This document shows positions 51,317 through 63,224 of a stretch of DNA of 64,000 bases, one piece after another (position 1 is the stretch's first letter; every line of letters starts with the position of its first letter). The notes under the pieces were generated by a model that searched no databases, was not told the DNA's origin, and saw nothing but the letters and a program-made list of their open reading frames with translations. The DNA comes from Lingula anatina (taxonomy: Eukaryota; Animalia; Brachiopoda), in NCBI GenBank assembly GCA_051362555.1, contig CM120646.1, forward strand, positions 8,742,001 through 8,806,000. Reading direction: 5' to 3'. A program made the position numbers and the translations under genes.

Positions 51317-52749
51317 TTAAGGGTTATAAAATATATTTCCCTTATGTTAACACTGTCAATGTTTCATTTTAAATGGAGTTTGGTTACCTTGTTGGTTGAT
51401 AGGTTACTGTTAAGCACTGAAGAGATCTCTGTGAGTCAAAACAAGGAGTGATAAGATATCTCAAATTCTGCTGCATATGAATTATAAAGAAGAATCAAAA
51501 TTATCCTAACCTTAAGCAACCAAAGGGTGTATATCTTTACATTATTAAAAAGAGATCGATGAAATATGTTTATTCTGCACGAAAGAACCCGGAGTAGCAA
51601 TCACTATCATGAACTGAGACTAACAAAAAGTTGCCAAGGAAATATCCAATGTCTGGATGTCCAAGAATATCTTTCTTTGAGAACATTTCCAACAGAATAA
51701 CTGCTTATTGGGACTGCATATACAGTAATATGCCAAACAATTCGACCAAGATTAATTAATTAATTTCATGGAAATGTCATTTTGGATGAATTGATTAAAA
51801 TATAGCAATGGAAACCTTTGATATCGTAGGATTGTTTGGGGCATCTGCCAAAACGTCCATCTTACTGGAAGTATTGCATTTTACCCGAAGTGTCACGCAA
51901 GATAAGCCGCAATTTTTGCCTAACACATGTTTCAAGCACATTTTATCCTCCTTTTGAAATCTTTTTCTGCTGTGTACAATATGTGCTTACATTACTTAAG
52001 GTTCAAACAGACAACAATTCGTAATTTATATCTATTTCCTTCACCTATGATCATTTTCATGATGTGCTTCACAAGTGAGACGTATTTCCAAAGAAAATTC
52101 AATCGCGTCAAAGAATACCAACTTGTACTCAAACTGAATTCAGTACCTTTCAATTACTTTTAAGTATTTAATTTAAAAATCATGTCATATTAAAACATAT
52201 TGAAAAAAGGCAATTTCCAGAGCCTACCTGTGCCGATAGACATATCTTGTTGGCACTCTTCCGATTTTCTTACATATATACACTCGCTATGCACAAGCCA
52301 CGGTGCATATTGAAAACCCCACTGATACAACCCAAACGTAAAATAAGCATTTAATTGCCATAATTTTCACAAAACAGATGCATTTACAATTTGACGTGAG
52401 AATTGAGCAAACACATAAATGAGAGACTGGTCTTATCTGGTCTGCTCCAGCATACCTAGCACAAACCACATGTTAATGAAGACGGTCCTATTGTGGGGGA
52501 GGGGGGTCACAGGAATGGAGTTCTTCACGGATTACACTAAATAATATCAACGTTTCATGCATCTGGGGAAATAAAAAGTGACTCACAGGTAACATAAATA
52601 CCTAGTGGGACTCTCTGTGAAGCTCCGCTTTTCACCGCCATATAAGTTACTGTATTTTCTTACAAGGAGATAAGGAAGACATCATTTTTATTGTTGACAA
52701 ATCAGTTATCCATGTAGCTGATCATGAATAGCTACACGTATTTGTCAGA

Positions 52750-54150
52750 TTTTGACAGTGCATGGCATTTGGGGCCAAGATGTCTGGGCGGTCAATCCCA
52801 CTGATCTTTCGGTTGGACAAATCAGTCAGCGAGGGCAAGTCTGCTAAATTAGCACAAATTGTATGCACTATTATTGTCATCGGGAACGAAAAAATGGCAG
52901 GTACATCTCGCTTCCAGATTAGATCTTCAATTAATTGTTTCTTCCTCATTGACCAGAGCTACTGAAAAGACAACAATTGACAAAGGGCCGAGGCATGCAG
53001 CATCCATTTCACTGGCTTGAAAATTTACCAAGTCTTGTCGACGATGTGGTCGAACAATTGGAACAAGAAAAAAATTCATGATTTTGATGTTTGGACTAAA
53101 TGTTAAACTCTTTCACTTGTATATATCATCACTCTTAATCCTTGCAATTAATAGACAGTTAATGCTTCGTTACATGTAGTTTCCCAAATATATTATAATC
53201 CAACATAGTTATTTTTCTCAAAGAGGTAGGAGGAAGATATGACATCTGATGGCCTTTGTGTGGGAATAGAAGCTTCTGAACTTTATAAAGTGCATGTTGC
53301 TGTCTTGTCACAGAGAAGTATAGTGAAATACGCAATGAAGCTTATGTTTCATCACATATTCACTGTGGGGAATTGTGTGGCTAATAGGTTTCAATGAATT
53401 CATCATGTGTTGCCCATAATATTCCCGTGCACTTATTTCACACTTGGACAAACAAGGACAAAATGTCCGTTAGAACGACAACAAGGCAGTTGTTTCAACT
53501 CCTCAATAGCAAACATATAGTCTCCATTTGTAACAAATAGTGACACTGCACACTGTGCCCCTGCTGAACACATGGTCAACTTCTCTCCCTAAAACCACTG
53601 GAAGGCAGATTCCAGAATCATGGTATATACTACAGATGCCATCATGCTTGGCTTTCAAAAGCTTCTTGTTCAAAGAGTATATATACTTGTATAGTTGTGC
53701 TTGTAGTACCTGTTCTGCCACAGCTAGGAAGGGCACAACTTTGGATTGCATTTTAACTTTGGTATGAATTCTGCTACATCCCTGCTCATGAGATACTTGC
53801 ATCACTTGGTCTACAGAAACTTGGGGCACTTTTTGTGTTTAATGCTTTCACAGGCTGCCTTAATGTATCCCAGCTTGCTCAAGTGGGAAAGACGACTGCA
53901 TAACAAGCATAGGCAGCACATGTTAAATTCACTGTAACCTTCCTGTATGTATTAGCTTCACAATTCACCACAGCAAATATCTGAATAAGTAGAAGCTTTA
54001 TGTGAGTATTTCACGCTTCTCTGTGACTGGATAGTAACAACTGTACTTTTATCAATGACAGGACAGTAACATGTACTTCTATCAAAGTTCAAAATAATTG
54101 GACTTGTGCAAAAACAGTGGACCTTTGTGGACATATTTGCCAAAAGCTAG
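52750..54150 (+). pseudogene. Academ-like transposase relic with XPG/FEN-type nuclease motifs
   Basis: Across frameshifts: ADSRIMV...LWIAF...YIPAHEILASLG.QK..ALFVFNAFTGC.NVS..AQVGKTTA, matching the EADTR...LW.AFG...IP.HEI...FHAFTGCD.VS...GKKTAW pattern. Confidence 0.65.
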
Positions 54151-54172
54151 AGTGTCCTGTGTAGAGGAACTG

Positions 54173-55240
54173 GGGCCCGTTTCAAGAAGCTGTCATTAGT
54201 TAGTGATCCGTCGTTAGCCTCTCGCTAGTTATGAGTGCCACTTCACAAAGCTATCGCTAATTCTCTCACTCTATACTGTGGCATTGTTACCATGGATATT
54301 TAACGACTGGTCAGACCACTCGCAAACTATAGAGTTTCATAGTACACATGGGTAATAAATGAAATAGAAAGGTTGCTTATTATCGTTTTCACTTGTCTTT
54401 GTATGCAATATGGCTGTAACTGCCATGCCTTTCTTGCCATGTCCGTGCTGCCAGACAGCAATGCAGGCCTCATAAACGGATTAAGTGTTTCCTAGCACAA
54501 GCCTCAGATTCCCGAGCGCAAACGCCAATATTAACGAGCCACACCTCAGATTCACAAGCACAACGTAAAGTCAACGAGCACAAACTTAGCGCTGCCAAGC
54601 ACTAGCCGTTGATCCGCTTATCTACCCGTTCGGTATGTTCTGTATGAGCCGAAGGTTGTCGAGAATGCATTGCTGCTGTATTAATACACGGTATGGATAG
54701 TGGAATATACTAATACAGTAGTTTGAAATGTTTTGAGAATTTTTATATATTCTACGTTGAAAATATTGATAGATGGAAACAGATATTTCTCAGTCGGTGA
54801 AAATAGTAGATGAATCATTTTTTTTACGTCCTATTGCGTCCTATTTATCATTTGCGTAGTGTCATTATTTAGGCGCAGGAAAAGAGACAGAAAGGGTAGA
54901 TAATATAACTCGTTTGCGCCCAGAAATCTCTGAAAGTTCCACAGTTATGTCTCTTGTATCTTCCACCATCTTGAAAATAGTCCTGAGATGATAAAAAGAA
55001 CACGTATGTAAGCAGCCAGGGCCCCGGATGGAAGCTGGACAAATTGATAGTGCTTGGCAACGCTAAGTTTTTGCTCGCTGACTTTACGTTGTGCTTGTGA
55101 ATCTGAGGTGCGGCTCATTAATATTGGCGTTTGTGCTCGGGAATCTGAGGCTCGTGCTCGGCAACAGCAATTATCATTTATGAGGCCTGAGCAATGGAGA
55201 CTATGATGTTTGCATCAGAGGCAAAATCCATTAGAATATA
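54173..55240 (+). mobile_element. Partial copy of the 38104 Harbinger-type MITE
   Basis: CTG|GGGCCCGTTTCAAGAAG; colinear with 38104-38425. Confidence 0.65.
54464..55189. mobile_element. P-element-like MITE with ~140-bp TIRs and 7-bp TSD
   Basis: AGCAATG|CAGGCCTCATAAA...TTTATGAGGCCTG|AGCAATG; a single AGCAATG occurs at the empty site near 38371. Confidence 0.8.
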
Positions 55241-55419
55241 TTAAAACATATGAACGATGATTAAATTTACTATACTTGAAAATGATCAGCCAAAAAATGA
55301 AAGTCCAAAGAACAGTTTCATGTTTCATGCTTTTTCCACCTTCTGAGCACTTGCACTACTAGTCTAAAAATAAATATGCAATTGTATTCCAATTGGCATG
55401 CTTCACATTGTAGGTGTAC

Positions 55420-55628
55420 CTTTTTATCCATGCAGACAAATTCTCCTGCTTGTCCTGCCAGAATTTGTGACACTGTTTGACAAGGAAGGACATGTAGTGA
55501 GACTTCATGGCACGGATGTCATTGGTTTCTTTGGACTTCATATTCTTCTCACAGATGAGATCTAAAACTTTGGTCACTTTTTCTGAGTTTTCTAACAGGC
55601 ATTTGTTGTCTCTCAAATACAACGATAT
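55420..55628 (-). CDS. ANKMY2: ANKMY2 exon
   Basis: ttttag|ISLYLRDN...KVLDLICEKNMKSKETNDIRAMKSHY...SAWIK-AG|gtac; 209 nt, phase 0-2. Confidence 0.9.
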
Positions 55629-55776
55629 CTAAAATTCAAATAAAAACAATTTCATCAAAAGGAAACAATGAGCAATTTTCTTGCAATTGGCTAGTTATTG
55701 TTACCTGTATAATGATGGTTTGTAAACAGACAACAATACTATTAGAAATTAGAATGTTTGACTTTTTAATACCAAG

Positions 55777-56368
55777 AACAGGGCAGCAAAGCTGTCAAAT
55801 GTACAGACAACAAGAGAGAAAAATAATGTAATCAAGCTTGAGCTGTGTTTCAATCATTCTGGTACCTTACAAAATAATTAGTAACACAGTTTTCCTTTTA
55901 GAGCGAGTGTAGTGGCAGTACACAAAATATTTTTTAATCCACTATAATACAATATTATATGATTAACAGCTTATAATCACCATCAAATTTAAATTATGCA
56001 CTGCAGATAACATATATATTTAGAAAATGTGACTAGCAAAGGTCTTCTACCCATGGAATTTCAAATTTTAAACAAGAGATAACTGAACTACAATAAGCTT
56101 ATTTCCATTCCCAACACTTTCTTTACATAATACATAATTTACATTCATTTTTATATGGTCAACTAAAAATTGTTAAGATGAGAAAAATATCAATAGAACA
56201 AATTTAAATGTCAAATTTGCTCTATTCCGAGATTCTTAATATAGTGAAGGATTGAAATTGCACTGTTATGAGTTGAGTTTATTTCCATTCTTCATATTTT
56301 ATTACACAATAAAAGATTTACCATTAATTTTATATAGCCAACTTATAAAATTGTTTAGATGTGGAAAA

Positions 56369-56414
<46 letters not shown>

Positions 56415-59400
56415 AAGGCAGCAAAGCTGTCAAATGTACAGACAAAAAGCAGGAAATAACTATGCACAAAATAGGCTACTGTCAATTCTGATGCAAAAGT
56501 ACATTGTGTTAAACTGCAAATTCGACATCAAATTTTAATTATGCTCAACAGGTAATACCAATGTAAGTAAAATGTGTAACAAGCATAAGGCTTCAGGCCC
56601 ATGGGAGTTCAAGTTCACACTTTGAAAATGTATAACTTCCAGAAAAAGAAGCCAATTAGACTGCTTTTCCAACTCAGGCTGCATTTTAGTCCTGTATTTC
56701 TTTTTTGACAGTTTGACAATCATAAGTAACATGGTTTTCCCATAATGGTCTTCATGGCAGCAGCACCCAAAATTGTGTTTTCTTCTATTCTGATGCAATA
56801 TTACATAATGGTAAACAGCAAAATGACCGTAAACTTTTAATAATAAAATACATGTATCATGGATTTTCAGAAAATGTGACTAGCATGGGTCTTCAAGCCC
56901 GTGGAACTTCAAAGTCACACCTTGAAAATGCCAATATGTGAAAAATTAAATTTTCACAAAAAAACTGTTTAACTGGCAGAAAGAATTACCAAACAGACTG
57001 CATTGCCTACTGAAGCTGTATTTTAGTCCCATGTTTCTTTCCTGTAAGTTTGAGAACAGTAAGTGACATGGTTTTTCTTAAATGGTCATCATGAGAGCAG
57101 TGCACAAAATGTTTTTTTTTTCAAATTTTGATGCAATATTACATAATGTTTAACAGCATAATGACCACTGAAACTAAGCAATTCACAGCTCTTTTAACCT
57201 CATTTGGATTAGTCCAGCATGTCACAGGTCCCACGCATGTGCGTGGCCACACCTTAGATTTAGTCCTATCTAGGGAGGATGATGCCCTAGTTAATAACTG
57301 TGTAGTGAGCCATCTAATTTCTGATCATCACATCATTCAAGCTGATCTTCAGTTTGGCAAACCCCATCCGAAAAAAGACAAAGTGTCATACAGAAAAATA
57401 AAAGACATTGACATCAGCGAACTCCATAACTTAGTGTCTACCAAAATTAAGGAACTGAACTTCTTGAACTGTGATCCGAATGAATGTGTCATGTACTACG
57501 ACCAAATTTTGTCCCATTCATTGGACCAGTTGGCACCTTTGAAAGCAAAAACCCTGGTTCAGAGAGACCTTCAACCATGGATTAATGATGATATTCTTGC
57601 TGCAAAGAGGGATCGCAGACAGGCAGAAAATCTGTGGTGAAGAAGCAAATTAACCATTCACCACCAGCGCTACAAGGAGGAGTGTCACCGTGTTAACCAA
57701 CTTATCAAAAAAGCTAAGGAAACTTATTATTCAGAGATGATAGACGCGTGTGACGGTGACCAAAAAGCATTGTTTACAACTGTTAATAGTCTTATGGGTA
57801 AGAATAAACGCGTAGCGCACCCACCCTCAACGTCTTTGAAAGACCTAGCTGACAGCATGGGATCTTTCTACATCGCAAAAATCAGTAAAATATATGGCGA
57901 ACTTGAATCATTAGAAAAGACAGTTGCAACACCATTACATCCCCCCATCTCTTATCTTCTCCCGAAGCCTTCACTCTTACTTACTGCCTTTGAGGAAGCA
58001 ACGGAAGACGAGGTGACAAAAATCATTTCTAGATCTAAGAAGACATCATGCCTCCTTGACCCTATGCCGACAACTCTGCTCTCCCAGATTCTCCCTGCAA
58101 TCATTGGTCTCATAACTCACATTGTAAACATTTGCTTTAAAACCAGGAATTTTCCTGAATTGTTTAAGTCTGCAATTATCCGTCCACTACTGAAAAAGCC
58201 TAACCTAAATGCAGAACTCTTGCCAAATTATCGACCTGTATCTAACTTGTCATTTCTGTCTAAAGTGGTAGAGCGTGTGATCGCCACAAGATTGTTCAAT
58301 CACTTAGATGCAAATAACTTGGTTGAGAAAATGCAGTCGGCATACAAGGTGAATCATAACACCGAGTAAGCACTCCTTAGAATTAAAAATGATTTGCTAT
58401 GTGCGGTCGACAGTCACTCCGCTGTGTTACTTGTTCTCTTGGACCTATCGGCCGCATTTGATACTGTTGATCATCAGGTACTGCTGTCATTTTTGGAAGA
58501 AACTGTTGGGATAAAAGATACAGCACTAAATCTTTTCCGTTCTTACCTCACAGGCAGATCACAACAAGTATGCGTGGACGGAGTTCTCTCTGAATTAGCT
58601 CAACTTGTCTTTGGTGTTCCACAAGGCAGTGTGTTAGGACCACTCATATTTTGTATTTATACTTTACCGCTTGGTGCAATCCTTCGTTTTCATGAGATTG
58701 GTTATCACATTTATGCTGATGACACTCAGCTTTACACATCCTGCAATATAAGAAACCCTGAATCATCAATTACTAAAATAGCCAACTGTATTTCTGATAT
58801 AAGGGGGTGGATGATCAGAAACAAACTCAAGATCAACGACGAGAAAACTGAATTCCTAGTAATATCTCAACCACACAATAAGAACATTGCCCGCAGTCTT
58901 AGCATGTCAAAAGGTGTCAGCGTGGTACAAGTCTCATCTCACGCCAAAAATCTGGGAGTTTATTTTGACAGTACATTGTCCATGAACAGGCAAATTTCCA
59001 ACGTATCCAAAACATGTATGTTCAATATTAGAAACATTGGTTCCTTACGAAAACATTTAACCGACTCTTCTACAGCAACAGTTATACATGCCCTGCTTAC
59101 ATCGAGACTTGATTTCTGCAACTCCCTTCTTTATGGATCTTCAGAGGAACAAATCAAACGGCTACAGCGTGAACAGAATATATCTGCTCGCCTACTGACC
59201 CGCATTCCAAAAGACAACCACATTACTCCTGTTTTAATGATGTTGCACTGGCTCCCTGTCCGAGCACGCATTTTATTCAAACTTTTAACATTTGCACATG
59301 CAGCATTTTATAAACTTGCACCTTCTTATTTAAATGAGCTTGTTTCACACTACGTGCCATCAAGAAATCTCAGATCAGGTGATCACCTTCTTCTTAAGGT

Positions 59401-60240
59401 TTATAAGGCAAGATTACTATCATACGGTGATAAAGCTTTTAAATTTGCAGCACCAAAAGAATGGAATATTTTACCCATCAGTCTTAGACAAATTGTGGAC
59501 CCTGGACATTTTAAAAAGGAACTAAAAACCCACCTTTTTAAACAATATTATCTTTAAATTCTTTAAAAAAAAAAACACTTCTTAAGAAAAACTGTTCTTA
59601 GTCATAGTTTTAAATTTCCCCTTTTTTTTATCCATTTTATATATCCTTTCATCTTATAACCATTAGCAATATTTTTCTTTTAATTTGAATTTTATAATTT
59701 TTGTAAAGTCTACTGAACACATGTTGGATTTTAGACTATAAATAAATATTATTATTATTATTATTATCAATTTTTAACAACAAAATATTAGTATCATGGA
59801 CATTCAGAAAATGTGATTAGCAAAGGTCTTCAGGCCCATGGAACTTCAAAGTCACAACTTGAAATGCCAAAATGTAAACAAGACAGACACTGTTCTGAAT
59901 TTTTTTTCCATTTTTAACAATTGTTGACATAAAACAAAATTAACAGTTAACTGCTATTTTTATATGATCAACTAAGAAAATTGATGAGATGGAGAAAATA
60001 TCAATAGAGCAGTATTAAATGTCCAATTTCTTCCATTCTGAGATTCTGAACATAGTGAATGATTGAATTTGACAAACTGCAATGATATGAGTTTATGTCC
60101 ATTTTTGAAACTTTAATACACAATACACGATAACAAGTTTACCATCATTTTTACAAAATCAACTAACAATGTTGTAAAGATGCAGGAGATGTCAAACAAA
60201 CACTTTAACATCTTATTAATTAAAAAATGAAACTGTTAAC
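55777..60240 (-). mobile_element. Family A copies (55777-56410; 56412-60240, split by the LINE)
   Basis: 3' ends near 55777 and 56412; ATGACCA|TCAATTTTT rejoins across the LINE. Confidence 0.75.
57168..59766 (+). mobile_element. 5'-truncated L2/CR1-group LINE; endonuclease-RT ORF with two in-frame stops
   Basis: GHTLDLV, SDH, NYRPVSNL, LLDLSAAFDTVDH, GVPQGSVLGP, YADDTQLY, LHWLPV. The three track ORFs share one frame, broken by TGA at 57638 and TAA at 58367. AATAAA plus (TTA)n tail, no TSD. Confidence 0.95.
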
Positions 60241-60571
60241 CCCATAGGATCCAGTTAATGCTGACCCGTAAAGTTCTGCTGTGCCCAATTAATTCTGTGA
60301 GCTAACCTTGAAAAGCCGTGTCACTTCAGTAAATTGGCCATAATTTATTTGTTTGCCTTTATTACCCATAAAAAGTATACATTTTCAAAAAGCCAATATT
60401 TCAAGCTAAATGATAATAGAATTAAATTTAAATTCAACATGCAGTATCAAGAGTTATGGCCAGTTAAAAACTACATTTTGATTTGGTAATGGGTGAAATA
60501 AAACAAAGCTGATTTATCTTATGCACATCAATTTTTTATTTCTCCATACATTTTTCAATTTTTAATAATAA

Positions 60572-60652
60572 AACTAGAGGATCAGAGAGGCGATACCGCC
60601 TCTGGATATTGTACCACCAGCTGGAGTAAGCGCATTCGTATGCCCCCCCCCC

Positions 60653-60693
<41 letters not shown>

Positions 60694-61922
60694 GAACAAC
60701 ACCACCAGTCTTGTGTTTGACAAGCTCTATAAAATGCAATAAACAAGAGTTCTCAAAATATGCAACAAGAAAAAAAAAAACGAAAAAACATAACAGTTAA
60801 AATGGTTAAATCAAGGAGATGTTCAAATTGACCTGTATTTTCCTAACACTGATCACTCCTGTGATTTTCAAGACAATAGGCCTATTGGTTTTCCTTGAAA
60901 TGCATTATCAGTATTGCATATACCGGTATGCTGACAAAAGAGAAAACCTAGGGACAACACTGGGCAGATCTCTGCTAGTTTTGAAGATATGAAGGGCAAG
61001 AAAATATGCAGAGTTCAGTTTGTGGTAAAAAAGTAGGTCAAAGGTCAATTTCAAGGTCACAGCATATGACTTCCTGTATAAGTTCAATAGTAGCTATGGG
61101 CATTTCTTTGCCAATGTTGGAGATATGAAGGCCAGAAAACATGCAAAGTGCAGTTCATCATAAATAGTAGGTCAAAGGTCAATTTCAAGGTCACAGTAAG
61201 ATTGTCAGTATATGACTTCCTATTCAAGTTCAATAGTAACTTTGGACCTATCTCTGCCAGTTTTCGAGATATAAGGGATAGAAAATTTGCAAAGTTCAGT
61301 TCGTGTTGAAAAGTAGGTCAAAGGTCAATTTAAAGGTCACAGTAAGATTACTTGTATATGTTTTATAAAAATGGCCCCTTCATGCTGGTTTTCGAACTTT
61401 ACCTATGTATCATGAATATTCATCAGTTCTGTAAGTTTTAAGCCAAAGGGTAAAACAGTTTTTCACTTATCATGTTATCGGTGTTGCATATATGCCGAAA
61501 AAAAGTTAAAAAAAACAGCATAACTTTCATAAAAATGGCCTGATCATGCCGATTTTCGAACTTGACCTGCCTATTAGTATTATGAATATTTATCAGTTCT
61601 GTAAGTTTCAAGCTAAAAGGGTTTTTCACTTATCGTGTTATCGGTGAAAGTGCACGGCGACAGCGACTACAGCAACGATGGCGACAACAGACGCAAGAGA
61701 TGGCTATATGTACAGACACATCTGTGTCTGTACACAAAAAAAATGAACCAATCATGCTGATTTTCAAATTTGACCTGCATGTTATGAATATTCATCATTT
61801 CTGTAAATTTGAATACAAAAGCTAAAATGGTTTCCCACTTATCGTGTTATCACAATGGCAACAGCGACAACAGACATAGGTGACATTTTTATGTACAGAC
61901 ACATTTGTGTCTGTACATAAAA
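60572..61922 (-). mobile_element. Chimeric Helentron-like element: family B end and units followed by family A units and two family A ends
   Basis: AACTAGAGGATCAGAGAGGCGATACCGCC at 60572; AGGTCA units to ~61350; A-type units; hairpins near 61735 and 61920. Confidence 0.65.
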
Positions 61923-61945
61923 ATGTCTTTTGTGGTGCTATTTAC

Positions 61946-62031
61946 ATGAACTGGGTGTAGATTTCCTGAGAGAAGCAGCTTGTGTAAACTGGGAACCAAT
62001 TCGGATGGCAGTTTGGGCTCTGTTTCAAAAC
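61946..62031 (-). CDS. ANKMY2: ANKMY2 exon
   Basis: ttgtag|(G)FETEPKLPSELVPSLHKLLLSGNLHPVH|gtaaa; resembles EPKLP..L..PLHK....NLHPV. Confidence 0.9.
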
Positions 62032-62746
62032 CTACAAATACAAGAGAAATGATAGAGGGGTAATCAGTAGTATAGCTAGTAATCATGGTGTTTTAGCCAT
62101 CTGTAGTAAGCTCTCTGTAACCTACAGTTGTGATTAATTTAATGCTTTAATATTCCCAGTAATTAACTTTCAGAATATATCACTGCTTGTGCCACAGTAC
62201 AACTGAGGACTAGACAACAAAGCTTGCAGATACTGAACACAAAAACACCCTTTACATAGCACAATATATAATATACAATAGATAATAGCATTACAAAATG
62301 TGTATAATTTTGTGGAAATAAAACATTTTTGAATTTTAACAAACAGCCACTCACAAAAATTTAAAGTAATAAATAAGATTTGGCAGATCTAGCATGAACA
62401 ACAGATTTATATTGGGCAGTGGCAGCAGAGACAGGGATTCAAGAATTATAATATGTAGACATAATAATACATATAAAAGCAATTCTGTCTGTAAAACTGA
62501 TCAGGAGTCAGGTAAATGGTGGCAAACATTGTTGCTTCATGTAAATGCAAAACTGTCATCTTTTTCAGTGCCTGTCACTGTTTTTCAACAATCTCATATG
62601 AATGAAAAATGTAGTTACTGATCGTCTCAGCCAGATGAACTTTAATGCAACACCAGAGAACTTTTATGCAACAACAGAGAACGTTAATGCAAACATCTAA
62701 GATATCAAAAATGGCACTTGCACTATTTAAACATTTTTGATAGAAC

Positions 62747-63105
62747 CAATCCCCAGTCCCACTTTGCTACATTACCTTTTGGCACTTCTCTTGGTAGATA
62801 GAAGCATTATTGTGGAAGACCTGAACCCATCCCTAGTCCCACTTTGCTACATTACCTTTTGGCACTTCTCTTGGTAGATAGAAGCATTATTGTGGAAGAC
62901 CTGAAACCATCCCTAGTCCCACTTTGCTACAATACATTTTGGCACTTCTCCTGGTAGATAGAAGCATTATTGTGAAGGACCTGAACCCATCCCCAGTCCC
63001 ACTTTGCTACATTACCTTTTGGTACTTCTCTTGGTAGATAGAAGCATTATTGTGAAGGACCTGAACCCATCCCCAGTCCCACTTTGCTACATTACCTTTT
63101 GGCAC
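62747..63105. repeat. 80-bp VNTR, about 4.5 units, overlapping an ANKMY2 exon 3' end and splice donor
   Basis: ACTTTGCTAC at 62761, 62841, 62921, 63001 and 63081 (exact 80-bp period). Confidence 0.95.
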
Positions 63106-63170
63106 AGTGTAATATTCCAGAACATCTCTGCTGAAGTAATTGTTGATAATGGAAACACACTGGTGCTGGC
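63096..63170 (-). CDS. ANKMY2: ANKMY2 exon (end of ankyrin region)
   Basis: ttgcag|(G)QHQCVSIINNYFSRDVLEYYTVPK-G|gtaat; resembles GQHDCVTIINNFF...L.YYT.P.G. Confidence 0.9.
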
Positions 63171-63224
63171 CTGCAATAACAATGCTGGAGTCAAAATGGG
63201 GAGCTAAAGACACTTCAAACATAC

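Noticed and set aside
62747-63105. CRISPR-like regular repeat
   Set aside because: Units are contiguous near-identical 80-mers with no unique spacers, in a eukaryotic intron with no cas genes.
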